Assembly (NCBI GenBank): GCA_964016885.1
Contig: OZ024742.1
Location: forward strand, 269,204,001-269,268,000
Direction of reading: 5' to 3'
Length of the DNA: 64,000 nt
Origin: Eledone cirrhosa
Lineage: Eukaryota
Made by a program: the position numbers and the translations under genes
In this document: piece after piece, positions 12,390 to 27,844 of the stretch
Position numbering within the stretch: position 1 is the stretch's first letter
Layout: every line of letters begins with the position of its first letter
Notes under the pieces: generated by a model
The model's input: only the letters and a program-made list of their open reading frames with translations
The model's database searches: none
Told to the model about the DNA's origin: nothing

Positions 12390-13560
12390 TTCGACGTCTC
12401 CAGGGGATCGTGCGACAGTGCTGACGTATGGGACATGGTTGGCTTATTTATTTTAGATATATTACGTGTTAGATTCCCGGACTTCCACACGGGAATATAT
12501 CGCGACAATGGTCTGACCTTAGATAATATCAGTACGAGAATCTCTAAACTCTCCTCTAATAATGCTATCTTTGACAGAGCGGACCCCACTATAACACGGC
12601 GTTAGCTAACATCAGCTTCCCTCAACCAAATACTTCCTCCCCCACTAACAACTGCAATAAAAGAAAACGTAACAATAGACAAAATGTATGCTTCTCTGCT
12701 CTCTTCTCACTCAACATTAAAATTAATGTAGGAAAATAAATTTAGCCCTCTTAGATAGACATTTTCTCATAGGTCACAAATACTTCCCCATTATTAACAG
12801 GCACAGAGTAAAACTAGTCTACTCCTGCGTTAAGAATATGAACGCCCACATCACCAACAGTCCTAAGAGCACCATCCCACCAAGATGCTCTTGCCGAAAG
12901 CCTAAAGCTTGTTCCCTTCACCAGCAATGCAACACACCCGCTGTAGGTTATGAAACTGTGGTCACTTTCAACCGACCAAATCAACCGCAGAGGGTAAAAT
13001 CCTATGTGGGTATGGCGGAGGGTCGATTAAATGAACGCTTCCTGAACCATCAGTCGACTTTTAGGTACCCAGACAAACGATCATCCACTTAGCTCACGAG
13101 CCACGTATGGTCCCTCAAAGATTAGGATATACACTACTCCGTTCAATGAAAAGCTATCACTAAGTCCAAGCCATATGCATGGGGCAATCCCTCTTGTGGA
13201 CTGTGTATTGAAGAAAGGATAAATATTCTAAGGTGAATACGAAATAGCGATTGCCTAAATAGAGAAATAAAATGTTCTCACGTTGTCCACATGTCTGGAA
13301 ACACCTCTTACATAGCCACAAATATCCGGATTGAATAACAACAACATTCTAATTTTCTAATCAACTCGAACATAGGTTTCCGGAAATTCGCTGTTATCTC
13401 CCTTACACCTTTCGCCCGTGGTTTCTACGCATACGCGTCCATGCGGTTGTTCTTCTTGTTCCCTATAACCAGTACCAGTCCAAGCTGAAGATCATCATAG
13501 GGTGAAACAATTGTTCTCGGTATGGTGAACTAACAGTTGTGTTATTACTTGTATAAATAT
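12390..13560 (+). mobile_element. 5'-truncated, internally deleted Penelope-like element (Penelope/Poseidon-type)
   Basis: RT remnants (GIYRDNGL), CSCRKPKACSL, GIY-YIG SYVGMAEGRLNERFLNH; hammerhead at the 3' end; flanked by (TA)n. Confidence 0.85.
13480..13520 (+). ncRNA. Minimal type I hammerhead ribozyme
   Basis: ccaag CTGAAGA tcatcatagggt GAAA caattg TT ctcgg; palindromic stem III; weak stem II. Confidence 0.6.
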
Positions 13561-13568
13561 ATATATAT

Positions 13569-13602
<34 letters not shown>

Positions 13603-13637
13603 GTTCGTGAACAAACAGACGAACCCATTTATACACA

Positions 13638-13754
<117 letters not shown>

Positions 13755-14131
13755 GATTACATATACATAAAGTTATAGATATATATGCTGCAACCGGTCA
13801 CTTTTAGGCTCTATGAAGAATTAATAAATTAAATAATTAGAGCAATATATCATAAATCATGTCCTTAGAATTATTAGATAAAATATATGCCATTTCCTCT
13901 TCCAATTAGCATAATTAACCATATAAAAAATCAATTAGACCAAGCTATAAGAAGAAAGGCTCTTATGAAAAAATCTCCGACAAATAACCGAAAGTGGCCT
14001 CTTCGCGATGGCCCCAATAGAGTATTTATCCAACATTTCGACAGCATGTAGAAACTGAGTAAATATACCATCAACCATACACAATTAGGTGTAAAATTAA
14101 ACTTAGAAGAAATGTGTACATACCGTAATTA

Positions 14132-14210
14132 TATCTCTACCATGGTTTCATCCGTATTTTTAGACATCCAATTAATAGGAATGTCTTGAGTTAGGATTCA
14201 TCAGGAGACA
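14132..14210 (-). ncRNA. Type I hammerhead ribozyme with long loop II
   Basis: rc: tgtctc CTGATGA atcc...ggat GAAA ccatgg TA gagata; all stems pair and stem III is palindromic. Confidence 0.82.
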
Positions 14211-14511
14211 AACTCAAAATCAGACATTTAGCTTTCCAACTTGATCGCGCCAAAATTAGATTAAAAAATGGCTAAGAATCGCTATGTGGCTGTGGTCAAG
14301 CTAGAAAGAATGTGATTGGTTGCTTACGGCGGTTAGGCTTGTTGCTAGAAAGCACAGCCAAATATCGCCAAATTGAATCTCAACCTAACGGGAGATTATT
14401 AAATATAAAGGTTTACATCAGCTTGACCACAGCCACATAGCGATTCTTAGCCATTTTTGAATCTAATTTTGGCGTGATCAAGTTGGAAAACTAAATGTCT
14501 GATTTTGAGTT

Positions 14512-14589
14512 TGTCTCCTGATGAATACTAACTCAAGAATTCCTATTAATTGGATGTCTAAAAATACGGATGAAACCATTGTAGAGATA
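14512..14589 (+). ncRNA. Type I hammerhead ribozyme (inverted sister of 14132-14210)
   Basis: tgtctc CTGATGA atac...ggat GAAA ccattg TA gagata; one stem II mismatch. Confidence 0.72.
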
Positions 14590-14856
14590 TAATTACGGTA
14601 TGTACACATTTCTTCTAAGTTTAATTTTACACCTAATTGTGTATGGTTGATGGTATATTTAGTCAGTTTCTACATGCTGTCGAAATGTTGGATAAATACT
14701 CTATTGGGGCCACCGCAAAGAGGCCACTTTCGGTTATTTGTCGGAGATTTCTTCATAAGAGCCTTTCTTCTTATAGCTTGGTCTAATTGATTTTTTTATA
14801 TGCTAATTGGAAGAGGAAATGGTATATATTTTATCTAATAATTCTAAGGACATGAT

Positions 14857-14910
<54 letters not shown>

Positions 14911-14913
<3 letters not shown>

Positions 14914-15135
14914 CGAAGGAAATGTGGTAAGGAACCAGATGGATCATAACGCACCAAAGTACTCAATACTTAGGGTAGTAGAGTGGTTAATAGAAACAAG
15001 TATGATCCCGACGGCAGAGCTCAAGCCGTTTCGAAGGCTAATTCTGGACTAGATTTACCAGGCTAAACATTCCTATTTAGTCCAGAATCAGCTGTCGAGA
15101 CGGCTTGAGCTCTGCCGTCTGGGTCGTACTTGTTC
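14911..15135. repeat. Short foldback element: about 59-bp imperfect hairpin (14996-15133) built from two hammerhead 3' halves
   Basis: Arms acaagtatgatccc...ggactagat / atttagtcc...gtacttgt; GA(A/G)A cggc-ttgagctct-gccg TC on both strands; flanked by (TA)n. Confidence 0.75.
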
Positions 15136-15136
15136 C

Positions 15137-15188
<52 letters not shown>

Positions 15189-15465
15189 AATGGAAAAAAT
15201 GAAACGAAATTTCATTTCTCACTCTTAGTATGGCAGTTACTAAATGTAAGTATGTATGTATACGTACATACATATATGTATACAGACGTACAGTAGTATG
15301 TATATATATACATACATGTACATATATATATATATATATATATGTACGTATCAGTTTACCGAGCATGTATTATAATGTTCGGTTTGTTTGTAAACAAACA
15401 GCCCGAATTAAGCCGTTCAGTGTTTAGCAACCATCGTTGCCCTTTTGTTCAACACTGACAAAGGA

Positions 15466-15508
15466 ACGATGTACTAGTTTCAAGCTTATTAGCTCTCGTC
15501 AGCATCGA
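15466..15508 (-). ncRNA. Minimal type I hammerhead ribozyme
   Basis: rc: cgatg CTGACGA gagct-aata-agctt GAAA ctag TA catcg. Confidence 0.85.
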
Positions 15509-15765
15509 TTACCTTCCTGCCAGATGATTGAACGTCTGAAAGTATATACTTTCCTTATGCATATTAACGGCTGAGCAGCCTAATTTGCTTATCGAGTGAG
15601 TTTAGTCGGCCGTCGCACTGAAAACGATAAATGGAAAAAAATGAAACGTTTTCGGTGCGCCTGGTCGACTAAACTCACTCGATAAGCAAATTAAGGTGGT
15701 GAGCCGTTAATATGCATAAGGAAAGTATATACTTTTAGCCGTTCAATCATCTGGCAGGAAGGTAT

Positions 15766-15808
15766 ACGATGCTGACGATAGCTAATAAGCTTGAAACTAG
15801 TACATCGT
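15766..15808 (+). ncRNA. Minimal type I hammerhead ribozyme
   Basis: acgatg CTGACGA t agct-aata-agct t GAAA ctag TA catcgt; perfect 6-bp stem I, palindromic stem III. Confidence 0.83.
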
Positions 15809-15926
15809 TCCTTTGTCAGTGTTGAAGAAATGGGCAACGATGGCTGCTAAACACTGTACGGCTTAATTCGGCCTCTTTGTTTACAAACAAACCGAACATT
15901 ATAATAAATGTTCGGTAGACCGTTAC

Positions 15927-15968
<42 letters not shown>

Positions 15969-16040
15969 ACATGTATGTATATATATACATACTACTGTAC
16001 GTCTATATACATATATGTATGTACGTATACATACATACCT

Positions 16041-16196
<156 letters not shown>

Positions 16197-16275
16197 ATTC
16201 CGGGTTGAATCGGAGGTAACCACAGTAAGTAAGGTACTCAATACATTGCAGAGTATAAAAGTTTTAATATAGATG

Positions 16276-16326
16276 AGATTCTACAGGACTAGAACTGTTT
16301 CATTCTTTAGAAATCATCAGGAATCT
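16276..16326 (-). ncRNA. Type I hammerhead ribozyme
   Basis: rc: agattc CTGATGA t ttct-aa-agaa t GAAA cag-ttctagtc-ctg TA gaatct. Confidence 0.82.
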
Positions 16327-16478
16327 GGGTATCAAAAAATAAATATGGTATTTATAGGTCTCTACAAGTGGTAGGAGAGGGTGGGGAGTGGGATGGGTGT
16401 AGGTCATTGGTTGATAGAAAAGGGAATTCATTAAAAGCTAATTCTACAAAGCTATAGTTTATTTTTATATGTGGTGTA

Positions 16479-16515
<37 letters not shown>

Positions 16516-16588
16516 GTATGTCTATATTTTATATAAATATATGTATATATATATATATATGTGTGTATGTGGATATATATATATATAT

Positions 16589-16621
<33 letters not shown>

Positions 16622-16784
16622 GTGTATATATATGTATATATATATGTGTATATATGTATATGTATGTGTATATATATGTATATGTATACACATGTATATC
16701 TGTTTGTATGTATGTATGTGTGTGAGTGTATATACATATATGTGTATATGTGTGTGTGTCTGTGTGTGTGTGTATATATATGTA

Positions 16785-16857
<73 letters not shown>

Positions 16858-17421
16858 GTGTGTATATATGTGTGTATATAAATATATTTATATATGTGTG
16901 TGGGGGTTTTTTATGTGTGTATATGTGTATGTGTGTTTATGGTTGCGCGCGAGTGTGTGAGTGATTGTGTTTTTTTGTGAATGTGTCTGTTGATTTTTGG
17001 CATATAGTTGATTAGTTTAAGATAAGTTCGAAGATAATTGCAAGATATGCACTCAGTATTTTGAATCTGTCTACAGAATTCTCTAAACCTTTGTCACTTA
17101 GTAGAACCTTAATGAATTTAGCTTTTAAAGAATCTTCCTTTCCTTTAATTCTATGTACCATGACTGACTCCCCACTGATCTTATAGACATCTGTTAGCTT
17201 AAGAGAAACTTAATGACAAGGAATGGTATGCCATCCGGAACCTGTTTATAGAATTCTGTCTGCCTTTGTTACTCTAAAAACAAAAATAAACTATAGCTTT
17301 GTAGAATTAGCTTTTAATGAATTCCCTTTTCTATCAACCAATGACCTACACCCATCCCACTCCCCACCCTCTCCTACCACTTGTAGAGATCTATAAATAC
17401 CATATTTATTTTTTGCTACCC

Positions 17422-17472
17422 AGATTCCTGATGATTTCTAAAGAATGAAACAGTTCTAGTCCTGTAGAATCT
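17422..17472 (+). ncRNA. Type I hammerhead ribozyme (identical sister of 16276-16326)
   Basis: agattc CTGATGA tttctaaagaat GAAA cagttctagtcctg TA gaatct. Confidence 0.82.
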
Positions 17473-17484
17473 CATCTATATTAA

Positions 17485-17532
<48 letters not shown>

Positions 17533-18387
17533 AAAGTTGTACTTCCTCTCTGTTTATTATTTGTTTATTCACGAACTCCTCCTATGGTTTTGGAGATAGA
17601 CCCCCATAAACATATCTATTCTGAAACTGCATTGGGTTCTTGAATAAGTATATTTCATGTTAATCAAAGGGTTCCCCGGGGCACAAATGTCCGCTTAAAA
17701 TCTTTTCTCTTCGATCCATATGAAATTTAAAATAAGGTAAATGACAAGATAGGATGCCTATTCACAAAATTTCAGCAAATTTCAATAATATTAAGACACG
17801 CTAATGGGGGTTAAAACACCTATAATGAACATTTTGGAAGATCATAACCTGAGTATTGGAAGCTCTCTCATCACGGGTTTTTTCTATGAATTAAACGTAA
17901 ATCAACAACAAAAAGCACCTATATTTTATAGTAAAATTTGGCTAAATTAGATATTTTATTCATGGCAAAACATCACTAGAATTATGACAACAGAAATCTC
18001 TACATTTTAGCCAATCAAAGAAAGACAAGAAATGTTGTTTAGCCTGAAGTTCTTCATTAGGAAATATATGTTCATGTATTTATTATTTAGAAAAATAAAT
18101 AATTAAACTTTGAATTTCTAAATTGAAAATAATGCTTTACACAAAAATGAATTAATTTTTAAGAATAAAATAAATTGATAAGTAAGATAAGATTTAATAA
18201 TGTAATTTTGATTTGATATATTACAAAAAAACAATGTTTTCCAATTTTTCAGGCATTACATTTTACATTGAGTAATATCGAAATGCAAACTTTTTCGCCA
18301 AAAATGATATCACTGACATAAAATCAATCATCATTTTCTTACCAAAAAATGTGTCAAACGCAGCAAGGCGCGGGTTATTCGGCTAGT
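17533..18387 (+). mobile_element. Probable non-autonomous Helitron
   Basis: Ends cgcagcaaggcgcggg-ttattcgg-CTAG|T (subterminal GC hairpin + CTRR before T); 5' boundary uncertain. Confidence 0.5.
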
Positions 18388-18409
18388 TTATATATACTAT
18401 TATAATAGG

Positions 18410-18811
18410 AGTGAGAGGAAACACATATATATTTAAACATAATCATAGATACATATGAGAGTGTAGACCACCTAAAATGATGTGGCGCAATGAATGAATG
18501 AATTGAATAAATAATCATTATATAAAATTATAAGTTTGACGAACAGACATATAACATTTACCTGATTTGTCTTCTTAGTCCGTAGGAATTAAATAAATTA
18601 ACTAAATAAGTAATCAATTAAACTGTGCTAAGTTTAAAATGTTAGCTTGAAGACTAAAAAGAAAATTTAGTTAAATTTTATCTGGATGTTCTTCAAAATA
18701 TAGCTCTGATTAATTATCATTTATTTAATTAATTCATTCATCGTTGAAGGTGGACAACATTGAAATATGTATGTATGCTTATGTTTAAATAGACATATGT
18801 TTCCTCTGACT
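18410..18811. repeat. Old MITE/foldback-like imperfect palindrome
   Basis: Termini agtgagaggaaacacatatatatttaaacataa / ttatgtttaaatagacatatgtttcctctgact; patchy complementarity inward. Confidence 0.65.
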
Positions 18812-19898
18812 TTGTTCTAACTCCAATACGGTTGCGTAAAAGCTAGGCTGAAACCAACTGCATGTTTTAACAATTAAATTCTATCAATTAACAATTACCT
18901 TTTTCAATTTTAACAATTAATCTCTATCAATTAACTTCACAACACTTCTCTCTTGACCGTTGGCCACGTGATAATTTTCCCTCCTTTTTAATCTGTTACT
19001 GGCAGCGATCACTTTTAAAAAAGAAATCGGGCCTTACTGAAGGAGTACCTGGATAAACTTGACATCTCATAATGTGCATATGCAGCGATGTAACGCATTC
19101 TCACAAAGCACAAGCGACTCTGCCGATAGTCGGGGCGACAGGGATTATCGGTAAACATTTAACTATTATTTTTTCAAACTTACATTTTAAACTTAGCTCC
19201 GTTTAATTGATTATTTATTTTAGTTAATTTCTCCGAACTAAGAAGAAAAATTAATAAATGTTATCTGTTATATATATATACAGAAAGATGAAGAGGGAGA
19301 TAGTGAAACTATATATACACACGGATAGAGAGATATAGGCATTGCGTGCATAAGCGCAGAAACACAAACGTATATTAGCGCATACACAAACCAGTATATT
19401 TATCTCAGTGTGACTAGCTAAATACGTTTGCCAGGTAATGCTATGAACTGAATAAAAACACACTCTAACACACCTAATGTATACACTGTCACACTTACAC
19501 ATACTGAGTCAATAACGAAAGAATCAGCATTGTGCTCGCTTTTTCTCCCTTACATTGATGATATTCCACAGAGTGAGGTATGAATCGAATGAACAGGTGT
19601 GTTTGTTTGTGTGTGTATGTGTGCGCGCACGCGTGTGTGTGTGCGCATGCATGAACATGCGTGACTGTGTGTATGCCTGTGTATTCTTTTGTGGAACACG
19701 ATGCTAAAATATTCAGTTGAAAAAATATTTCAACGAATTTTACTTTAAAGTTGAAATGATTTCATAATGGATATTTCGAAGAGGTTTTACGGAAGACATA
19801 TATAGTAAAGTCTGCCAAAAACAGAGATGTTAAAAATTGTAGAATAAATGGTTTTTCTGTGAGGAAGAAATGAAATCGTAGACATATGTTATTATTCT

Positions 19899-21340
<1,442 letters not shown>

Positions 21341-21595
21341 CTTAACTATGCAAGAAAAGTTTGGTATGTAGCCTTATATAGAAACAGATATTAAAACGTC
21401 AGAGCCAAGAGATCATAATTTATCCTAGTATTAAGGTATATCTACATTGATCTAACAAGCTCTCAATATATATAGATATACGTGTGTGCAGATTAAACAT
21501 ACATACATATATACGCACACACGCAATCACATATGCATACATACACACATCCATTCATACATACATGCATACATGCATGCATGCATACATACATG

Positions 21596-24500
21596 AGCAT
21601 TGCAGCGTCTTCACAGACGATTGCCCTCTCTTATTGGTTCTTCGTTATCATCCCGTCTGCGTACATGATTTCGTAGGTCACTTTGTAGTACAGCTGTAGA
21701 TCTGCATGGTTTACGACAAAGATGCCAGAAGAGAGTTGTGCTTTCCAAAGGACCGGTTGAGTCACGCTGTGGGACGCAATCCTTATGTACCACCATGTGT
21801 CTTTTTAGTCCGGACTTAGTTCTATACATTTTGTTGCATATCACGCAATTTGTTTCGCCATCTCTTTGTTGAGTGGTGTTGCGGGTGGTTCTCCTTTCAT
21901 GTAATTTCATGTGATTAACATAACCAGCCTTTAGAGGAGTACACGCTGGCATACATTGCATGTCCAACTACTGAGGACTTCATCAAGACTGTGAGCGCAG
22001 CCCTTCCGGAGCTTACGCTTCAGATGTTTATGGTCTAGACGACATTCCTCAAAGGTTTTGCCCTAAACCTAACCCTAACGATAACCCTTTATATACTTTC
22101 TCCACTCAGCCCTATTTAAAGCTATCTCCTCCCAGTTGACTATATGAAATCCCAGCTCTTTGAAGTTATTCTTGATGCTGTCCTTCAACCTCTTTTTCGG
22201 TTGGTGTTGAGGCGTTTTTCAAAGATGGAGCTCACCGTAAAACAGTTGCTTCAGGATCCTGCTTTCTTTCAAGCGAACGATATGCCCTGTCCAGTGCATT
22301 TGAGAAGATGTTGCTTTGGACTCGAGGCTTGGACATTCTACTTTCATAAGGACATGGATATCAGGAGTTCTGTCTTGCCACATGATGCTGAATATTCGCC
22401 TTAAACATTGACGCTGAAAACGCTCAAGAAATTTGGTGTGACTGCGGAATAGCGTCCAGACATAACACATGATCTATACACACCTTGGTATTGTTAAAAT
22501 TTGTCCAAACTCTATTTTCTAATTTTCCAAAGGTAACGGAGGCTTTCTGGATGCGCAGAAGTATTTCAGCATCCAAAGAGCCATCATTTGAAAGTGTGCA
22601 ACCGAAGTAGACAACTTTATCTACTATTCCCAATCTGGTTCCATCAAACAGGATATGAGGTTCAGTATATGGTTATCCTGGAGCAAGGTGAAGCATTACT
22701 TTGGTCTTTTTAAGGCTGATTGTAAGCCCTAATACTGTACACGGGAAGCGAAACGTTCCATACGGTGTTGTATGCCAGCTACTGTGTGTGCTAGGAGAAG
22801 GTCTCTGATCAAAGCTCGAAACGTTTTTATCTTGGCATTAAACCATCCTAAGTTGAAAAACTTTCCAGTGATTCTGAACCGTAAGAGGATGCCTCTGTCA
22901 CAATCATGGAGAGCATGTGTGAGCAAGGCAGCAAAACAGATAGAGAAAAGCGTAGGAGCAGGAATATCATCTTGCTTTACACTGTTGTCAATTTGGATTT
23001 CCCCAGATAGTTGACGATTCAAGGTAACGTGAGATTTAATATTTCTGTGCAGCTTCTTTAGCATACTCACAAACTTGTGTAGGCATGCTACTTTCCAAGT
23101 ATTATCCAGAGTGCATCTCTGTTAAATGTGCCAAAAGCCTTCGTTAGGTCGACAAACACTGACATAGAGGGATACACTGCTCAATGTATTTTTCTTGTAT
23201 TTGTCTTTCGGAGTAAATCATGTCAACTGTTCTCCTTCATCCTCTAGAACCACTCTCTTGAGCAAACAATATTGCGAGAACCTTGCCAACAGCTTCCAAC
23301 AAAGTGATGCCACGGTAGTTTCCACATATCGACTTTTCACCTTTGCCTTTGTATAATTATAACAGAATGCTGTTGATCATATCTTGCAGACCCGGGGTAC
23401 CATTCCAGCAATCAGTGGTGAAGTGGTTTATTGCTTCTGTTACATTATCACTACCGACTTTCAGCAGTTCGATGGGGACACCATCTGGACCTGGGGCCTT
23501 ACCAGAGTTAACCTGGTTGACTGCTAGCTTTATTTCACCAGCAGGGTGAAGTCGATCATACGGTGGAATGTTTCACATTGAGGAAGGCTGTGTATCACTC
23601 CAAAATTGACTGCTGATAGGTTGTCAAACAGGTCAGTAAAATGTTCCCCCCAACGCTGAAGGATTTTTTATGGCTCTTTCATTATGATATTAGCATCGTC
23701 TGTACATTTCAGAGGAGTTACTGGGGATGTTGGTGGGCCGAAGTATCGGTGTATCAATGAGTAAAATGACTTCGAATTGTCGGTGTTAAAAGCCTATTGG
23801 ATTTCCGAAGAGATATTACACCATCACTCATTTTGCATCCTACGTAGTTCACGTTGCAGTGTTGCCTAGTGATCTTTGTAGGCTTTCTGGACAGCTGGTT
23901 TTGCTACGGGATTCTGATTCAGGAACTTTTTCTAGAGATTGCGCTTGGTTTTCAGTAGCTGATTGATATCAGGATAATAGTCATCGAACCGGTATTCGTG
24001 TTTCTCGGTTCTGAAGCCAAGTACCTCATCTCCCACTGCGTAAACTTGATCTTTAAAGATTCCCATGTGTCATCAAACACAAGACCATTAAATCTTTCAG
24101 TTAGCATTGCACGCATAACTGCTCACGTCAGATTGGAAACATCAAGGCATTTTGGTGCATTCCTTGCACTCATACGGATTCTTTTGCTGATACTTATCTT
24201 GAAATGTACTCGCACTAATTCTTGGTCAGTGGCACATTCTGCACTATGCAATACACGCACTTTACACACATCACTTAGATCTCGTTTGCGAGAGATGAGG
24301 AAATCAATCATGTGTCTATGCTTGGATCTTGGATGATACTAGATAGCATTATATTTGAGCCTCTCACAGAAAAGTGTGCTGCAGATGGTTAAGTAGAGTT
24401 CTGAGCAGAGTTCAAGCAACCTCCGACCGCTGGTGTTACTTCTACAAATACCAAATGGACAAGGCGTCCCCACTCTCGTAATCACTACCCACACGAGGAT

Positions 24501-25260
24501 TAAAATCGCTTAGAAGTAATATCTTATCGTCAGCAGGTGCGCATGCAAGGATAGCATAAAGATATTCATAGAAAGAATGAAGGACCATCTCACTAGCCTG
24601 TAGGATTGGTGCATAAATAGATAAAAGAGTTACATAACGGCCATGTCTCAGAGGAATACGAAGCTTCATAATGCGATTGGTTACACCAGTAGGACATTAT
24701 ATACGATGAAGTAGGGATGTTCTAATGGCGAAGCCAACACCAACCTCTATCCGTTCAGTGATGGTTTACCTATCCCAAAAAGAGGGAAGCATGATACTTC
24801 TGTTAGTTGATCTTCTCCCGCCAAACGTGTTTCAGATAAAGCTTCTAAGTCTATGTTCAATCACCTGAGTTATTTTGTTAGAAATGCAGTTCTACGCTCC
24901 TGACATCCAGGCGAATTTCTGTCCAGAACTGTCCTAATGTTCCAACAACAAATATTGAGTTTGACGCCATCTTTTACGTATTTTTTTTGCATTTTGCTTT
25001 ACTATTATTCCTGCTCGAGTGAGGCAAAGTAAGCACAGGGTGCCTAGGTGTATACTTATAGCGATAAGCTTCCAACTGCTCAAGTCTGCGCATGTAACCA
25101 TTCGTCTATCCCCGCAGATTTCAGAAATAGGATAGACGAAGAAAGATGGAAGAGAGATCTGTACATCAGTATTTTATAGTGTTCACGAGTACCACCCTCT
25201 GAGTATCCGCTAATAGAGTCACGTGACATGCCGAAGCAATATGACGGGGAGTTTCCTTTT
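21596..25260 (-). mobile_element. RTE/BovB-like LINE, near full-length, decayed
   Basis: EN (CCWNIRT, IYAP, DFN), RT (NYRGITLL, FVDLTKAF, FRITGKFFNL), QLFYGEL, two C2H2-like fingers at the C-terminus; (ATGT)n tail. Confidence 0.9.
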
Positions 25261-25287
25261 CATTTAATGACACCCATACATACGAGC

Positions 25288-25323
<36 letters not shown>

Positions 25324-25424
25324 ACACTCACACTAACACACACACACATACACACACACCCGCACATACATACACGCACACACACACACACAGATATATT
25401 ACTGTCATTATTAATACCATAGAT

Positions 25425-25490
25425 AAAGTACCAGTAATACACTGGGATAATTGCTAACCTTGTGCCAAAAGTAGAAACAATTATTAATAC
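25425..25490 (+). mobile_element. SINE 3' fragment
   Basis: taaagtaccagtaatacactgg...ccttgtgccaaaagtagaaacaattatt. Confidence 0.75.
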
Positions 25491-26214
25491 CATAGATGTG
25501 GCAACTGTTATCTCTTGAAAGTGTGGCTACAATTGAAGTTGTTAGTGTGTTGTTGTTCAGATTTATAGTTTCGTTGTTGTTTTCATAAGGTTTGATCGTA
25601 TTGACTGAGTGGTGGTGATGTGATGGTGGCGGTGGCGGTGGTGTTGTTGTTGTTGTTGGTGGTGGTGGTAGTTGATGTTGTTGTTTGGCTTTTTATCGTT
25701 TGGATGCTGCTGTTGTTGTTGTAATAGATGTTGGTGTTCATAAGCTCTGACCAGGTTACTAAACACCAGGGTCAGTCTAATTAAATATCATTCTCCTCTT
25801 CCTTTCAAAATTGTAGGAAAGGACGTTATTGACATTCAGGTAGAGTTATGTTGTGCTTTCTCGTCTTTCTTTTCCTCATATTTAAAACAAAGCACGTGAG
25901 CGTATTATTCAGTTTGAAAAGGTCAAAATCGATAAAAAAGTTCGTTACCAGTTGCAAATGTGACACATTTTTCAGGGTGTCTCGGTAGCTTCCTTGTCCA
26001 ACCAATGGAATGAAATAAGTACACGAAATAGCTGGAAAGAACCTAACAGACATATATAAAACTTCCGACAATATAACAGCGTGTAGCTCAAACACTCACA
26101 CATACATACACTCACATATATATACATACAAACATACATACATACATACATACATACATACATACATACATACATACATACATACATACATACATACATA
26201 CATACATACATACA

Positions 26215-26795
26215 TGGTGGCTGCCAACTCGTTTTCGAGTACAGCCACTACTTTATATCCATGTAGGAGGACTCCTACTGATGCGCTGAACGAGTGTGAC
26301 TTTTTAGTCTAGCCAGCGACTTGAAAACTCTGGTACAAACACTATACTTGTGACAATTATTGACACATAGTGCTGGGCCCTTGGTACCATGTGACGACAA
26401 GTGCGGAGAGATCTCCAGATATAAAGCAATGTCTGTGTCGTGAAGCTTTTATAGTGAGCAAAGGCACTGCACAAAGCCAGTCCCACTCTCTTAACCAAGA
26501 TGATATTTACCAAAAAGAAGAACAAGTCAACATCATTGGATACCATCAGAGTTGCAGGTGTAATATCAGAGTTTTCCTTCTCCTAGAATTCTGCCTTGAC
26601 AAAGGCTAAGGGGTCATCTCTCCCGGGGATTTTGGATGGCCATTGACTCTTAAGAGCTCCTTTGCCCTTTGACAGGTTTTGTTTTTAGTCCTGCAGGATG
26701 TCCAAAGTCAACCTCCTCACCAAGAAACCTTGGTGGGGTTGCCAGTTTAGTCGCCAATGACGCGACCATGAGACAGGTTGTACTGGGATACATGT
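26215..26795 (-). mobile_element. Short non-coding retroelement (possibly RTE-derived) nested in (ATGT)n
   Basis: Discrete, GC-richer block bounded on both sides by long (CATA)n; the family assignment is tentative. Confidence 0.4.
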
Positions 26796-27481
26796 TACAT
26801 ACATACATACATACATACATACATGCATACATACATACATACATACATACATACATACATACATACATACATACATACATACATACATACATACATACAT
26901 ACACATATTGTGAACTCTGTCGCATCTTTATCTTAGTCAGTTTGAGGATGTTTATCTCGGAATTGTCACCTAAGTCCCATTTTTTCTGGGATGTGATACT
27001 AGATGATATCTAAGTTTGAGACGTGAGAAAAGAAATGTATAAGGCTTCATTTCTCGCCCCCTCCCCAGAGCAGTGCTATGATTAAAAATACATTTTCTAT
27101 CACAATTGTCTACTGGTTTGTGCTAGAACGGACAACGCCAAATGTTTGTTGATCTGGACATATTCACTCATATCCTTTGCCTGTATCTTTCGACTTAACT
27201 CTCTCAACACTAGGTTTATTTTCTGTTGATGTTGCGTGGAACTGACTTCTAAGCTGATGGAGATCAACACTTTTTGAATCTGTTGGTAGTAAATGATCTG
27301 TGTACAAGTGTACATGATCCTTTGAACAACAATCTTCATATGTTATTCATAACTGATTTAAACGTCTCCAGTACTGTGTCACCTACCATGTGTATATGGC
27401 CTTTATATAACATAATCCTTGATTTCAAGATAACGTTATTTCAATATTAAACAATAATTTCAACAAAACTTTGTTTACAAG

Positions 27482-27604
<123 letters not shown>

Positions 27605-27792
27605 ACACACACATACGCACATATATATATCTATATATATAAAATGTTTGAAATTGTTTGGATGTATGTATATATGTGTATATGTTACCAAAAGCCTTTA
27701 AAAAGGAGTTCTAGATGAAAGCGGATGGGAACATGGAGTTTCTTATTTATGAAAGGAACATAATAAAAATAAAAACAAGAAGAAAATGTTGA

Positions 27793-27844
27793 TACTAACA
27801 CTCAGTGTTACTAACACTCAGTGTTACTAACACTCAGTGTTACT
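27793..27844. repeat. 16-bp minisatellite (tactaacactcagtgt) x about 3
   Basis: Directly visible; no spacers. Confidence 0.9.

Noticed and set aside
25563-25766. Poly-Q/H ORF on the minus strand
   Set aside because: Degenerate (GTT/GGT)n repeat with no coding context.
27100-27339. 79-aa minus-strand ORF in non-repetitive sequence
   Set aside because: No convincing motif; cannot assign without a search.
27793-27844. Short palindromic direct repeats resembling a CRISPR array
   Set aside because: No spacers, no cas genes, eukaryotic context; a simple minisatellite.
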